Below, in pieces: positions 44,618 through 55,605 of a stretch of 64,000 nucleotides of DNA. A program made the position numbers and the translations under genes. The stretch is from Escherichia coli (lineage in GTDB: Bacteria > Pseudomonadota > Gammaproteobacteria > Enterobacterales > Enterobacteriaceae): assembly GCF_048403405.1 (NCBI RefSeq), contig NZ_CP183129.1. The stretch is one strand, 5' to 3'. Every line of letters begins with the position of its first letter. Position 1 is the first letter of the stretch. The notes beneath the pieces are model-generated. The model made no database searches. It worked only from the letters and a program-made list of their open reading frames with translations, and was not told where the DNA came from.

Positions 44618-45154
44618 ATGTCATTTATTAAAACTTTTTCCGGGAAGCATTTTTATTATGACAAGATAAATAAAGACGACATCGTGATTAACGATATCGC
44701 GGTTTCCCTTTCAAATATCTGCCGCTTTGCCGGTCATCTTTCTCACTTCTACAGTGTCGCCCAACATGCGGTGCTTTGCAGCCAGCTGGTGCCGCAGGAA
44801 TTTGCTTTTGAAGCGTTAATGCATGATGCAACAGAAGCGTATTGCCAGGATATTCCCGCTCCACTGAAACGCCTTCTTCCTGACTATAAACGGATGGAAG
44901 AAAAAATTGACGCCGTAATCCGTGAGAAATACGGGTTACCCCCAGTTATGAGTACGCCCGTGAAATATGCCGATCTTATCATGCTGGCAACCGAACGCCG
45001 CGATCTCGGGCTTGATGATGGCTCTTTCTGGCCTGTACTGGAAGGCATCCCGGCAACAGAGATGTTCAACGTGATTCCACTGGCACCTAGCCATGCCTAC
45101 GGGATGTTTATGGAACGTTTTAACGAGTTATCGGAGTTACGCAAATGCGCATGA
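44618..45154 (+). CDS. HD-domain phosphohydrolase (YfdR-like 5'-deoxynucleotidase)
   Basis: H...HD motifs (SVAQHAVL, MHDATE); start at MSFIKTF. Confidence 0.7.
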   Translation: MSFIKTFSGKHFYYDKINKDDIVINDIAVSLSNICRFAGHLSHFYSVAQHAVLCSQLVPQEFAFEALMHDATEAYCQDIPAPLKRLLPDYKRMEEKIDAVIREKYGLPPVMSTPVKYADLIMLATERRDLGLDDGSFWPVLEGIPATEMFNVIPLAPSHAYGMFMERFNELSELRKCA

Positions 45155-45507
45155 ATGTTTTCGAAATGGAAGGGTTTCTTCGCGGGAAATGTGTACCGCG
45201 AGATCTGAAAGTGAACGAAACAAATGCTGAGTACCTGGTACGTAAATTCGACGCGCTTGAAGCTAAATGTGCGGCACTGGAAAACAAAATAATACCAGTG
45301 TCAGCTGAACTGCCACCAGCAAATGAAAGTGTTCTGTTATTTGATGCTAACGGAGAAGGCTGGCTGATTGGCTGGCGTTCTCTCTGGTACACCTGGGGAC
45401 AAAAAGAAACCGGAGAATGGCAGTGGACATTTCAGGTCGGGGACCTTGAAAACTTCAATATCACTCACTGGGCAGTAATGCCAAAAGCGCCGGAGGCTGG
45501 AGCATAA
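45145..45507 (+). CDS. YfdS-like hypothetical protein (120 aa)
   Basis: ORF overlaps the yfdR-like stop. Confidence 0.45.
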   Translation: MRMNVFEMEGFLRGKCVPRDLKVNETNAEYLVRKFDALEAKCAALENKIIPVSAELPPANESVLLFDANGEGWLIGWRSLWYTWGQKETGEWQWTFQVGDLENFNITHWAVMPKAPEAGA

Positions 45508-46127
45508 TGACCACATTTACCAATAAAGAACTGATTAAAGAAATCAAAGAACGAATCAGCAGCCTAGAGGTTCGAGACGATATTGAGCGCCGTGCTTATG
45601 AAATTGCTCTGGCATCGCTAGAAGAGGAGCCGGTGGCATGGCTGCATTCAGAAAATGGCTTAGGTATTCCGGCAATAACGAGGAGTAAAAACATTGCTGA
45701 CAGTTGGTTATCAAAGGGCTGGTATGTTCAGCCGCTATATATAGCCAAGCCAGTGCCGATGGTGCCAGATGCTCGTCCGTCTTTAAATAATGGCATAGTC
45801 GGCTTTGATGAAGGCTGGAACGCCTGCCGCGCCTCCATGCTTAATGGTGCCGAACCTGTAAGCCAGACTTATAAGTTGAACGAGCTGTCGGGCAACTCTC
45901 CGGTAACTCCGGATGGTTGGATAAGCTGTAGTGAGCGAATGCCGAACGATAAACAGTATGTTTGGTGTTGGGGTAAGTCTTACGGCTGGACTGAGTGCGA
46001 TACCTTCGAAGGGTATTACGATTGTTCGAGAAACAAATGGTGGGCAGTTACTGACAATGGGGAAGAACCGGCATCGAAAGTAACCCACTGGATGCCGCTA
46101 CCGGAGCCGCCGCAGGAGGTGAAGTAA
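45507..46127 (+). CDS. DUF551-domain protein (YfdT-like)
   Basis: C-terminal WISCSERMPNDKQYVWCW...THWMPLPEPP. Confidence 0.55.
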   Translation: MTTFTNKELIKEIKERISSLEVRDDIERRAYEIALASLEEEPVAWLHSENGLGIPAITRSKNIADSWLSKGWYVQPLYIAKPVPMVPDARPSLNNGIVGFDEGWNACRASMLNGAEPVSQTYKLNELSGNSPVTPDGWISCSERMPNDKQYVWCWGKSYGWTECDTFEGYYDCSRNKWWAVTDNGEEPASKVTHWMPLPEPPQEVK

Positions 46128-46321
46128 TGAACAACTTAATGACAACTAAACAAGTCGCCGATTTCTGTGGTGTTTCAGTATCGACAGTTCTTCGCTGGAA
46201 CAGCGTAAACAGGAGAACTGGCCAGAAATACAGGCCTGACTTTCCAGATCCTGATATTAAATCCTGCCCAAATAAATGGGCATCACACAAGATTTACAGA
46301 TTTGCGGGAGTGATTGATTAA
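46127..46321 (+). CDS. xis: AlpA/excisionase-like HTH protein
   Basis: 64 aa; MTTKQVADFCGVSVSTVLRW HTH; adjacent to the integrase module. Confidence 0.6.
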   Translation: MNNLMTTKQVADFCGVSVSTVLRWNSVNRRTGQKYRPDFPDPDIKSCPNKWASHKIYRFAGVID

Positions 46322-46597
46322 TATGTATTAGCTTAGATGTGAGCTGACACATCTATGATTAGATGCCAAACCTAATCTGAGCGTCCACTCTTTACCAAGA
46401 GCGGACGTTACCAATGACCATATGACATGAATCGATAAGATCAAAACATTATCGCCAAGAAATGTATTGATACAAATAAAATTGATTACCCCCTTACTCT
46501 TGTTGAAAAGTTAGTCGTAGAGTACCTATCGCAATGTAATCAGCTTTAATCATCTGAAAATTACTCCTTAAAAATTAGCTTTTATATACTGAACAAA

Positions 46598-47317
46598 TTA
46601 AATCTCTGTTTCTTTTCCTGTTCGGCTCAACCAATACTCCATTGTTTGAGTATGAATCTTTTCAGCGTATATTTTTTCAATTAATTTATCTCGTTTTTCT
46701 TTAATGACTTTACGCAGTGAATCATATAACATAAAAAAACGTTCATCATCTTCCTCATTATTACCGTAATTTATTTGATTGAGTTCTGAAAAAATATGAT
46801 AGCACCTTTTTTTCTTGGTCCCCGGCAATATTAAAACCAAGCCGCATTGATCATATTCAAATTCACCTTTATGGGCAGCAAAGTTATGTCTAACATTCAT
46901 AATAGAATCATGTAAATCTCTGTATTTTTCTGGCACATGCTTTCTCTGCAATGTGAATCGACGCCCTTTCGCCTCTGTAAAACACTTACCGTAAGTAACA
47001 ACTTTTGATATAAATAAAGACTTTAATATTAGATTCTTTTCTAAATCAGGATAAATAAAGTGTTGTTCTCTATTAATGTTATTACAAATGTTTTTTATTA
47101 TATTCTCCCAACCAATAACATTCCGAAGATCTTTATCCAGCAACTGTAAGGCCACATATTGTTCTACAAAGCGGCCTTTTAAAGGTATTCGTGGTAATAT
47201 TACACCTTTCTGCTTATAAACTCTTTCTATCGTATTATCTGGATATTGGATCTTCCTTATTTCTATTCCGTCTTCTTCTGATACCCTTACTAATGGTTCA
47301 TTTTTTAACTTTGACAT
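46598..47317 (-). CDS. hypothetical protein (239 aa) in an AT-rich moron between xis and int
   Basis: Visibly AT-rich relative to neighbours; own upstream intergenic region of 283 bp; R-x5-H motif at residues 143-149. Confidence 0.6.
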   Translation of the reverse strand: MSKLKNEPLVRVSEEDGIEIRKIQYPDNTIERVYKQKGVILPRIPLKGRFVEQYVALQLLDKDLRNVIGWENIIKNICNNINREQHFIYPDLEKNLILKSLFISKVVTYGKCFTEAKGRRFTLQRKHVPEKYRDLHDSIMNVRHNFAAHKGEFEYDQCGLVLILPGTKKKRCYHIFSELNQINYGNNEEDDERFFMLYDSLRKVIKEKRDKLIEKIYAEKIHTQTMEYWLSRTGKETEI

Positions 47318-47602
47318 GTTAACCCTCTTAAATAAAAAACTAACTTTATCCAGATAGTGTCCGTTAAGAAGTTTTCGTTACAACTAAGTTTCTAGGTAAA
47401 TCATGAATCAACCTATAGTATCAAAAACATTTGGTGGTAAACATCTGCATTTATCAAATAGCAGGAGCGATTTAGGGGCATAGGGATAGTGATGATATCT
47501 ATACCCGTGCCCTCTTATGTCAACACAATGGCGTAAACTTAACGCTCACATCTCGCTCAAAGTGTGCTAGGAGATTTGGTTATGTTCAGGTGATACAAAC
47601 CG

Positions 47603-48826
47603 TCAGTTTGAATCAGAGATAGTACAATTAACAATCGATTCAACCCTCTTCCACCATGCCAGGTAAGCTTTACGCTGTTCTTCTAGATAATCGCTCTTAT
47701 CATAAACTTGCCATACCCCTGGCAGCTTATGACCAAGCATAATTTCTGCGATATGAGGCGCAGTAAGATCAGAAAAATTTGTTCGTGCTGTCCGTCTCAA
47801 GTCATGAAGAGACCAATGAGGGAATTGATATCCTAAACGCCGCCACGCGTACTGCATTAAATTGTAAGGCAGCGACTGTAATGATGTCCTACCGACTGGC
47901 TCCCTGCTTCCTTCCTTAGTAAAAAGCATATCGGAACCGTTGTTCATAGAGATAACGTATTTTATAAGCTCTTCAACCGGTTCAATAATGGGCCGCTTTA
48001 GCGGTTCGCCTGTTATGTCCCCTGTCTTATGTCGTTCAGGTGGTACAGTCCATACCTTATTTATGAAATCAAAATCACCCACCCTAGCAGTAATTAGCTC
48101 CGAACTACGGCAACCAAAATGCAGTAATAGTTTAATGAAGGCCCTGTATTTGGGAACCATTCTAGAGCCATCGATCGCAGCATAAAGAATTTTAATTTCA
48201 TCGTGTGTCAGAAACCGTTTCTTCTGACCTTTACGGATATCCATATCTTTACCCGTGATATCCGACAGCGGGCGAGTTTCAATAAGCTTTCTCTTATACG
48301 CCCAGACATGGGCCTGCTTTGCGTTAATTAGCAATCGGTCTGCTATTGCTGGAGTCTTAGTGCTAAGAGGCTCCAGGACTTCTAACCAATCATGCAATGT
48401 AGCTGCATCGTGAGGGATATTCCCGATTTTAGAGAACAGGTGCAGCTCAAACGAGCGGAGTATCTGTTCAGAACTCTTTTTATTTTTTACACAATATGCT
48501 TCATACCAGGCACGGATCACAGACTCTACCGTCATGGCTTCAGTAGCTTTTCGTTTTTCAGCCTGCTTGACCAATCGTGGATTACGGTTTGACTCGAGTT
48601 CACCACGGAGACGGATAACTTCTTCTCTGGCCTCTTTTAATCCAGTTGCCGGGTAAGTTCCGATATCAAGACGCTCACCTTTCCCTGCCCATTGATAACG
48701 ATATTGGAACACTACGCGACCTTTCGGTGATACTCTGACAGACAGACCATCACGATCGGATTTAACCAAAACCTTATCACGTTCCTTTCCAACGACTGAA
48801 CGCAACCACGCATCAGACAGCGCCAT
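47603..48826 (-). CDS. int: tyrosine integrase (P4-type)
   Basis: 407 aa; catalytic R (GCRSSEL), H-x-x-R (HDLRRT) and C-terminal Y. Confidence 0.95.
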   Translation of the reverse strand: MALSDAWLRSVVGKERDKVLVKSDRDGLSVRVSPKGRVVFQYRYQWAGKGERLDIGTYPATGLKEAREEVIRLRGELESNRNPRLVKQAEKRKATEAMTVESVIRAWYEAYCVKNKKSSEQILRSFELHLFSKIGNIPHDAATLHDWLEVLEPLSTKTPAIADRLLINAKQAHVWAYKRKLIETRPLSDITGKDMDIRKGQKKRFLTHDEIKILYAAIDGSRMVPKYRAFIKLLLHFGCRSSELITARVGDFDFINKVWTVPPERHKTGDITGEPLKRPIIEPVEELIKYVISMNNGSDMLFTKEGSREPVGRTSLQSLPYNLMQYAWRRLGYQFPHWSLHDLRRTARTNFSDLTAPHIAEIMLGHKLPGVWQVYDKSDYLEEQRKAYLAWWKRVESIVNCTISDSN

Positions 48827-49055
48827 TACTCACCTTGTACAAATCGCAAAACACCTCTGCTGCTTTGTACATTATGTACAAGCATATGTACAGATTTTTG
48901 ATGAAAGCAACCTGATCGATTTAAAGTTACATGAAAGAATTTTCAATTAAAGAAGCCACATAACCATATGTATTTAAATGAGTTATATAACCAGACCTCA
49001 ATTAACTGAAAGGATTTTGAAAGAGTAAAAGAGCTTTAATTTGGGATTAATTATT

Positions 49056-49121
49056 GGGGTGAGAAATAATGGCAAAAGTGCGGCGCTTCGCCACCTCTTG
49101 CAAATAAGGAGACAACGTCAT
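49056..49121 (-). pseudogene. prfC: orphaned original 5' end of prfC (first 22 codons, [22 protein letters not shown]), with its native upstream region to 49210
   Basis: Minus-strand ATG at 49119..49121; frame ends in phage DNA after about 24 codons. Confidence 0.7.
49057..49070. repeat. att core copy (integrase-proximal junction)
   Basis: Direct repeat of 822..835, 230 bp beyond the integrase start. Confidence 0.6.
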
Positions 49122-49210
49122 AATTCTTTCTTCTTGAGTAAGCGGCATCGCGCCGCGCTTGTTGAAAACGAAAAATTGCGGCTATTTTACCCATCAACGG
49201 GGGGAGGCAA

Positions 49211-49888
49211 TCAGTGTTTACACAGGAGCTGCTCCAGTTCGTGCAACGAAGAAACGGTCCAGGTGGGCGCGATGCCTTCTGGTTGCTCGCGATTGTGCGC
49301 ATTCAGCCAGCAGGTCGCAAGCCCGGCGTTGATGCCACCGAGAATATCGGACTCGGCAGTGTCGCCAACCATCAGCACGCGTGAACGGTCAGGATTGCCC
49401 GCCTGTTCCAGCGCATAATCGAAAATTTTCTTATTCGGTTTGGCAACGCCAACTTCTTCGGAAATCACCAGCAAATCGAAATAATCACGCAGGCCCGTGC
49501 GTTCCAGACGCACTTGCTGCAAGGCGCTAAAGCCGTTGGTGATGATGCCAATTTTAGCGTTGCCACGAATGGCGTTAAGCAGAGAAACCGCGCCCGGCAG
49601 CGGCGTACAGATTTCCGCCATCGCATTAATAAAGGCTTCGTTGAGTTTACCCGGCTCGACGTTCAGCCGTTCGGCCCAGCTCTCAAACCGCCCGTGCTGA
49701 AGCTGTAATGAAGTGATCGCGCCGTTTTGATAATCCACCCACAGTGGCTTGTTAACGGCCTGATAGTCCTGAAAATCTTCAGCGGTAAAGGTGACGCTGT
49801 AATCAAGAAACATCCGCTGCAGGCCGGTGAATGAGTCAAAGGTAAACAGCGTTTCATCGGCATCAAAGAAAATCCAGTCCCACTTCAT
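49211..49888 (-). CDS. yjjG: pyrimidine 5'-nucleotidase YjjG (HAD family)
   Basis: 225 aa; DxD motif FFDADETL. Confidence 0.9.
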   Translation of the reverse strand: MKWDWIFFDADETLFTFDSFTGLQRMFLDYSVTFTAEDFQDYQAVNKPLWVDYQNGAITSLQLQHGRFESWAERLNVEPGKLNEAFINAMAEICTPLPGAVSLLNAIRGNAKIGIITNGFSALQQVRLERTGLRDYFDLLVISEEVGVAKPNKKIFDYALEQAGNPDRSRVLMVGDTAESDILGGINAGLATCWLNAHNREQPEGIAPTWTVSSLHELEQLLCKH

Positions 49889-49902
49889 TATTCCACCTTG
49901 TC

Positions 49903-50349
49903 TTACATACTGATTGGCAACGCCATGATGATGGCGTCTTCGCGACCGTCCGTGGTGGGGTAGTAATTGCGGCGAATTGTCGCCTCGTTAAAGCCTAAAC
50001 TTTCGTACAGGGCAATGGCGGCAGCGTTTGAAGCACGGACTTCCAGCCATAGTGTCGCCACGCCGCGTTTTTCCAGTTCGTCGATCAGATGTTCCAGCAG
50101 CGCCCTTCCCAATCCCTGACGCTGATAGTCAGGATCGACCGCAATATTGAACAATGTAGCTTCATCCAGCACCACTTGCGTAATCGCAAACGCCGCCATT
50201 TTGCCGTTTTGCGTTAACTGAAAGTTGAGATAACGCTCGCCCTGGTTGCTGGCAAAGGTTTTTTCACTCCACGGAAAGGCGTGGGCGCGTTGTTCAATGT
50301 GGTAAGCCGCTGGTAAATCAGTCGTTTCGAGGGAAGAAATCGTGTTCAT
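49903..50349 (-). CDS. rimI: ribosomal-protein-S18-alanine N-acetyltransferase
   Basis: 148 aa GNAT; Q/RxxGxG/A motif. Confidence 0.9.
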   Translation of the reverse strand: MNTISSLETTDLPAAYHIEQRAHAFPWSEKTFASNQGERYLNFQLTQNGKMAAFAITQVVLDEATLFNIAVDPDYQRQGLGRALLEHLIDELEKRGVATLWLEVRASNAAAIALYESLGFNEATIRRNYYPTTDGREDAIIMALPISM

Positions 50350-50731
50350 ATGTGCAAATTTGTTGCCATAACGCGGCGCGTGCCGTTGGGTTTGCCCGTA
50401 ATTCGGTGAGCGCCGGTGATGCCACCTGAGCGCCTTCCAGTGATAGCGGTTCGTCAGTACCCAACCGCCAGCTGTTGCAGCGACTGCCTTGTGGCAGCAT
50501 CGCGATTTTTTCTGGCGTCAGTTGCAGCACTTGATCGGGGCTGACGGTTAATGCGCGCAGAACATCGCTCACCAGAGGATCGGTCAGGGCGGGAAGATCG
50601 TTTGCCACCATCACCAGACGGACGTGTGCCGGGATCGCAATCGCAATCTCCCCCTGCAACGCGCCAGGGCGACGCAGCGACCACTGGGTAATGCCCAGTT
50701 GCTGTAACTGCCAGTCTCGTCGGGATGTCAT
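50318..50731 (-). CDS. holD: DNA polymerase III psi subunit
   Basis: 137 aa, MTSRRDWQLQQLGITQW... Confidence 0.9.
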   Translation of the reverse strand: MTSRRDWQLQQLGITQWSLRRPGALQGEIAIAIPAHVRLVMVANDLPALTDPLVSDVLRALTVSPDQVLQLTPEKIAMLPQGSRCNSWRLGTDEPLSLEGAQVASPALTELRANPTARAALWQQICTYEHDFFPRND

Positions 50732-50833
50732 AGCGAATCGCTCCTGTTGTCAGGGGCGCAAATATAGCAAATTCGTCGATACCGCGCCAACATATGGCTA
50801 TAATCGCCGCCAGTATCAATTGAGGAGCATTCC

Positions 50834-51865
50834 ATGTCTGCATTTACCCCGGCAAGTGAAGTCTTGCTGCGTCACAGTGATGATTTCGAACAAAGCCGTA
50901 TTCTGTTTGCCGGAGACTTACAGGATGACCTGCCCGCGCGTTTAGATACCGCGGCCAGCCGTGCTCATACCCAGCAATTCCACCACTGGCAGGTATTAAG
51001 CCGCCAGATGGGGGATAACGCCCGTTTCAGTCTGGTCGCCACGGCGGATGATGTCGCAGATTGCAATACGCTGATTTACTACTGGCCGAAGAACAAACCG
51101 GAAGCCCAGTTCCAGTTGATGAATTTACTTTCTCTACTGCCGGTGGGCACGGATATTTTTGTCGTTGGCGAGAACCGCAGCGGCGTGCGCAGCGCCGAAC
51201 AGATGCTGGCAGATTATGCGCCGTTGAATAAAGTCGATAGCGCCCGTCGCTGTGGCCTCTATTTTGGTCGTCTGGAAAAACAACCGGAATTTGATGCCGA
51301 TAAATTCTGGGGCGAATACAGCGTCGATGGCCTGACAGTCAAAACGCTGCCTGGCGTGTTTAGCCGCGACGGTCTGGATGTCGGTAGCCAGTTGCTGCTC
51401 TCGACGTTAACTCCGCACACGAAAGGTAAAGTGCTGGATGTCGGCTGCGGCGCGGGCGTGCTTTCGGTTGCCTTTGCGCGCCATTCACCGAAAATTCGTC
51501 TCACTCTGTGCGATGTCTCTGCACCAGCGGTAGAAGCCAGCCGCGCAACACTTGCGGCCAACGGTGTTGAAGGTGAAGTCTTTGCCAGTAACGTCTTTTC
51601 CGAGGTGAAAGGTCGTTTTGATATGATCATCTCCAACCCGCCGTTCCACGATGGGATGCAAACCAGCCTCGATGCGGCGCAAACGCTGATTCGCGGCGCG
51701 GTGCGTCATCTTAATAGCGGCGGCGAGCTGCGAATTGTAGCGAACGCCTTCCTGCCTTACCCGGACGTGCTGGATGAGACATTTGGCTTCCACGAAGTGA
51801 TCGCGCAAACCGGGCGCTTCAAGGTGTATCGCGCCATTATGACCCGCCAGGCGAAGAAAGGTTGA
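50834..51865 (+). CDS. rsmC: 16S rRNA (guanine1207-N2)-methyltransferase
   Basis: 343 aa; SAM motif [11 protein letters not shown] and NPPFH. Confidence 0.9.
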   Translation: MSAFTPASEVLLRHSDDFEQSRILFAGDLQDDLPARLDTAASRAHTQQFHHWQVLSRQMGDNARFSLVATADDVADCNTLIYYWPKNKPEAQFQLMNLLSLLPVGTDIFVVGENRSGVRSAEQMLADYAPLNKVDSARRCGLYFGRLEKQPEFDADKFWGEYSVDGLTVKTLPGVFSRDGLDVGSQLLLSTLTPHTKGKVLDVGCGAGVLSVAFARHSPKIRLTLCDVSAPAVEASRATLAANGVEGEVFASNVFSEVKGRFDMIISNPPFHDGMQTSLDAAQTLIRGAVRHLNSGGELRIVANAFLPYPDVLDETFGFHEVIAQTGRFKVYRAIMTRQAKKG

Positions 51866-52064
51866 GTATCTGATATCTGTCGCCGCATACCGTGTCGGAT
51901 GCGGCGTACACGCCTTCTCTGACCGACAAACGAATTATCCACAATCCGCTGATGGACATTTTTCCAGCAATTACACCTCCGGCGATAATTAACTATTGAC
52001 GAAAAGCTGAAAACCACTAGAATGCGCCTCCGTGGTAGCAATTCTTTTTAAGAATTGATGGTAT

Positions 52065-52150
52065 GCGAAGGTGGCGGAATTGGTAGACGCGCTAGCTTCA
52101 GGTGTTAGTGTCCTTACGGACGTGGGGGTTCAAGTCCCCCCCTCGCACCA
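52065..52150 (+). tRNA. leuV: tRNA-Leu (anticodon CAG)
   Basis: gcgaaggtggcggaattggtagacgcg...ttcaagtcc...cgcacca; long variable arm; CUUCAGG anticodon loop. Confidence 0.9.
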
Positions 52151-52178
52151 AAAACCACGTTGATATTGCTCGCACTGG

Positions 52179-52264
52179 GCGAAGGTGGCGGAATTGGTAG
52201 ACGCGCTAGCTTCAGGTGTTAGTGTTCTTACGGACGTGGGGGTTCAAGTCCCCCCCTCGCACCA
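52179..52264 (+). tRNA. leuP: tRNA-Leu (anticodon CAG)
   Basis: Near-identical tandem copy. Confidence 0.9.
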
Positions 52265-52298
52265 AACGAGGCGATATCAAAAAAAGTAAGATGACTGT

Positions 52299-52385
52299 GC
52301 GAAGGTGGCGGAATTGGTAGACGCGCTAGCTTCAGGTGTTAGTGTCCTTACGGACGTGGGGGTTCAAGTCCCCCCCCTCGCACCA
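52299..52385 (+). tRNA. leuQ: tRNA-Leu (anticodon CAG)
   Basis: Near-identical tandem copy. Confidence 0.9.
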
Positions 52386-52423
52386 ATTATCTTTACTTCC
52401 TTTCTTGTTTCTTCCCTGTTTTA

Positions 52424-52660
52424 TCATCCCTGATTCAAATTCATTAGCATCAGCATGATGCCAGCACTAAGCGCCAGGCACGATGGCAGCAAAACGTAAT
52501 GCCGCAACTGTTTGTGATACAACATCACCGGCGTCAATATTAATCCCATCAGAATGACAATCCGCCACTGATCCGGCGATAAATCCGCATACATCAGCCC
52601 TGCAATCAGCAATCCCGGCAGCAACACTCCCCAGCCACTGCCCAGCGTACGTTGCAACAT
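52424..52660 (-). CDS. yjjZ: small membrane protein YjjZ
   Basis: 78 aa from MLQRTLGSGWGVLL...; hydrophobic. Confidence 0.55.
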   Translation of the reverse strand: MLQRTLGSGWGVLLPGLLIAGLMYADLSPDQWRIVILMGLILTPVMLYHKQLRHYVLLPSCLALSAGIMLMLMNLNQG

Positions 52661-52800
52661 GGTTTCATCTCTTTCATTGATAATGATAACTAATATCATA
52701 TGATAATTTTTATCATTTGCAAGCCAGAGAAATCCCTTGCTATCGGGTAAACCTATCGCTAGGATTAGCAATCATTATCATTTAGATTACTATCACGATT

Positions 52801-53589
52801 ATGGCCTATCGTTCCGCACCGCTCTATGAAGATGTTATCTGGCGAACGCATCTCCAGCCGCAGGATGCTGGGCTTGCACAAGCCGTACGGGCGACGATCG
52901 CCGAACATCGTGAACATTTGCTCGAGTTTATCCGCCTGGATGAACCCGCTCCGCTTAACGCCATGACGCTGGCGCAATGGTCATCACCGAATACGCTAAG
53001 TTCTCTACTGGCGGTCTATTCCGATCATATCTACCGCAACCAACCCTTGATGATCCGCGAGAACAAACCGCTGATCTCACTATGGGCGCAATGGTATATC
53101 GGCCTGATGGTGCCACCATTAATGTTGGCGCTGCTGACGCAGGAAAAAGCATTAGATGTGTCGCCGGAACATTTCCACGTTGAGTTTCACGAAACCGGAC
53201 GCGCCGCCTGTTTCTGGGTCGATGTGTGTGAAGATAAAAACGCAACACTACATTCGCCGCAGCAGCGAATGGAAACGTTAATCAGTCAGGCGCTTGTTCC
53301 GGTAGTGCAGGCATTAGAAGCAACGGGAGAGATCAACGGCAAACTTATCTGGAGCAATACCGGTTATTTGATCAACTGGTATCTGACTGAGATGAAACAG
53401 CTGCTCGGCGAGGCGACGGTTGAATCGCTGCGCCATGCCCTCTTTTTTGAGAAAATGCTCACGAACGGTGAAGATAATCCACTCTGGCGTACCGTGGTAC
53501 TGCGCGACGGCCTGCTGGTGCGCCGCACTTGCTGTCAGCGTTATCGCTTACCGGATGTGCAGCAATGTGGCGATTGTACGCTGAAATGA
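52801..53589 (+). CDS. fhuF: ferric-siderophore reductase FhuF
   Basis: 262 aa; C-terminal C-C-x10-C-x2-C cluster (RRTCCQRYRLPDVQQCGDC). Confidence 0.9.
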   Translation: MAYRSAPLYEDVIWRTHLQPQDAGLAQAVRATIAEHREHLLEFIRLDEPAPLNAMTLAQWSSPNTLSSLLAVYSDHIYRNQPLMIRENKPLISLWAQWYIGLMVPPLMLALLTQEKALDVSPEHFHVEFHETGRAACFWVDVCEDKNATLHSPQQRMETLISQALVPVVQALEATGEINGKLIWSNTGYLINWYLTEMKQLLGEATVESLRHALFFEKMLTNGEDNPLWRTVVLRDGLLVRRTCCQRYRLPDVQQCGDCTLK

Positions 53590-53626
53590 AAGCACTGCCG
53601 GGGAAGTAAACCCGGCATCATGCGGA

Positions 53627-54304
53627 TTAATAGGGATGCAACACATTACTTGCTTCGCAATGCCGCATACATAACAGAATATCTGCGGCCTCCAACAACC
53701 CTGCATCAGAACTGACGCCCAGTTTCGACATCACATTAAATTTATGTGCACGGATCGTTTTGATATTGCGTTTAAGCTGCTCGGCAATTTGTGTCATTGA
53801 GTAGCCACGCGACATAAAGCGCAATATTTCTCTCTCCGTCGGGCTTAGCGTTCGGCTTTGATTAATGTACCACTGATTGTTCAGTCGGTCGGTCGCCTGA
53901 CGTACACCATTTAATGACAAAAAGAGTTCCTGATGAAAAATCTCCAGCGTTGACGCTTTACTTAATACACCGTCCAACGGTGATGGCGACAAAGAACCAA
54001 TCAGCCGAGCTTCAATATCATCATCCGCAATAACTAAACGCCGGGTACGCGGAAACTTAATCGCCAGTTCAGTCAGGCAAGATAATCCCTCTCTGCGCTC
54101 ACTTCTCATGGCAGAAAAAGAAAAAATGACCGCCGCAAACGAGATCCGCGACATGGCATCCTGAAATGACTCCTGACTGGTATAGGTATGGAGCTTATAA
54201 GGGTTACCCGCAAACTTTCTGAATAAACTCTCAATACCGATACTACTCATGACGCATTTTTCTATGAGTGCGACATTTCTCTTCTTAATTCGGCTGTGTT
54301 CCAT
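53627..54304 (-). CDS. bglJ: LuxR-family transcriptional regulator BglJ
   Basis: 225 aa with C-terminal LuxR HTH. Confidence 0.85.
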
Positions 54305-54987
54305 TCTGCGGCATCTCCATAAACAGAAGGCAAGTTAAGTTCTCTTGCACCCTGCGCGCTATTTATCCATGCATACATTTCAGCGTTGCTGTGAATTGCC
54401 AGTCGACGCATCGCACTGTTTTTTTGGGCGCTGATAGTTTTATTACTTTTCTTAAGCAATGAAGCTATCTGGTTGATGCCCCATCCTTTACCTAATAGCC
54501 GCAGTACCTTGCGCTCTGAAAGAGTGAGAATGACGGAGCGATAGCTAAAATCATGAGTTTCAGTCATTGCCGGAGAGGTCAGCATGGCGCTGATACGCTC
54601 TGCGTGCGTATTGCCGGAACGTACGGTCTTGACCAGATTCTCAATGGGTTCAACATCAGACAATAACGTCGCCGTAGGGCACATGAGCAATTCTACTGCC
54701 TGGGAATACCAGGAGCGTGACACCATGAAAACCCAGTGAATTTCCCGATATTGCGAGATTAAAGAATAATAATGTTCACAAACAGAACGTGGATCTTCAC
54801 TTTCACCGGCTAAATCAGCAATGACTAATCCGGAACGACGTAATTGTAATAAGGTAAGGTCCTCCGCAGAGGCGCTGGATATTATTTCATATTCAGGGAA
54901 GTGAGTCCTCATGACCTCTTTTAACCCTGCTTGCATAACAGGTATTTTACTGATAACAATTCCATTTTTGCAGCATCCTGGCAACAT
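54262..54987 (-). CDS. yjjQ: LuxR-family transcriptional regulator YjjQ
   Basis: 241 aa with C-terminal LuxR HTH. Confidence 0.85.
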
Positions 54988-55605
54988 ATTTCCTCCACAT
55001 CCACTGTCTAAAAATCATGATGGTTTATTCAGGATATTCATTCCTTAAATGTTTCCAGCAAATTAATAGATTAAGCGAATAAATTATCCTTAGCATTCAC
55101 TTTCATATCAGCATACTCCTGCTGCACAACAACTCCACTGCATGTGTCAGAAGGTTAGCATCAAATGATAACCTGGTGAAATAGCCTGGAGACATTTAAA
55201 ATATCTACATTAAGTTGTTAGAAATACTTAATGAAAAACAGAATTCTCATTCATTTAATTTATAATTAACTGATATCCCTTCCTGCAGAATACAAAATCA
55301 CACAATCAATATTTATTCAATAAAATCTGATAGTTTTAACTTGTAAAAATTAAAAAACGCGCCCAGTTATCTTTTATCCTGATTCGTAAAGGCTAAACAA
55401 TAAATTCATTATAGTGATAATATTCATGTGATAATTTGTTTGCGACGAGAGATAATTCGCTTTTTATCACCGAGCTTCTCCTGATAACCAGGATTAATCA
55501 GCGCAATTTTGATCTTAACCTACCGCAAAACAACCGTGCTTCATGATACAAATGGATTCTCATTATCTGAACAATACGCAGCACGTCTATGACAAAGGGC
55601 GAGTT

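Noticed and set aside
52065-52385. Three near-identical direct repeats, as a possible CRISPR-like array
   Set aside because: They are complete tRNA-Leu(CAG) genes (leuV/P/Q-type) with cloverleaf features and CCA ends.
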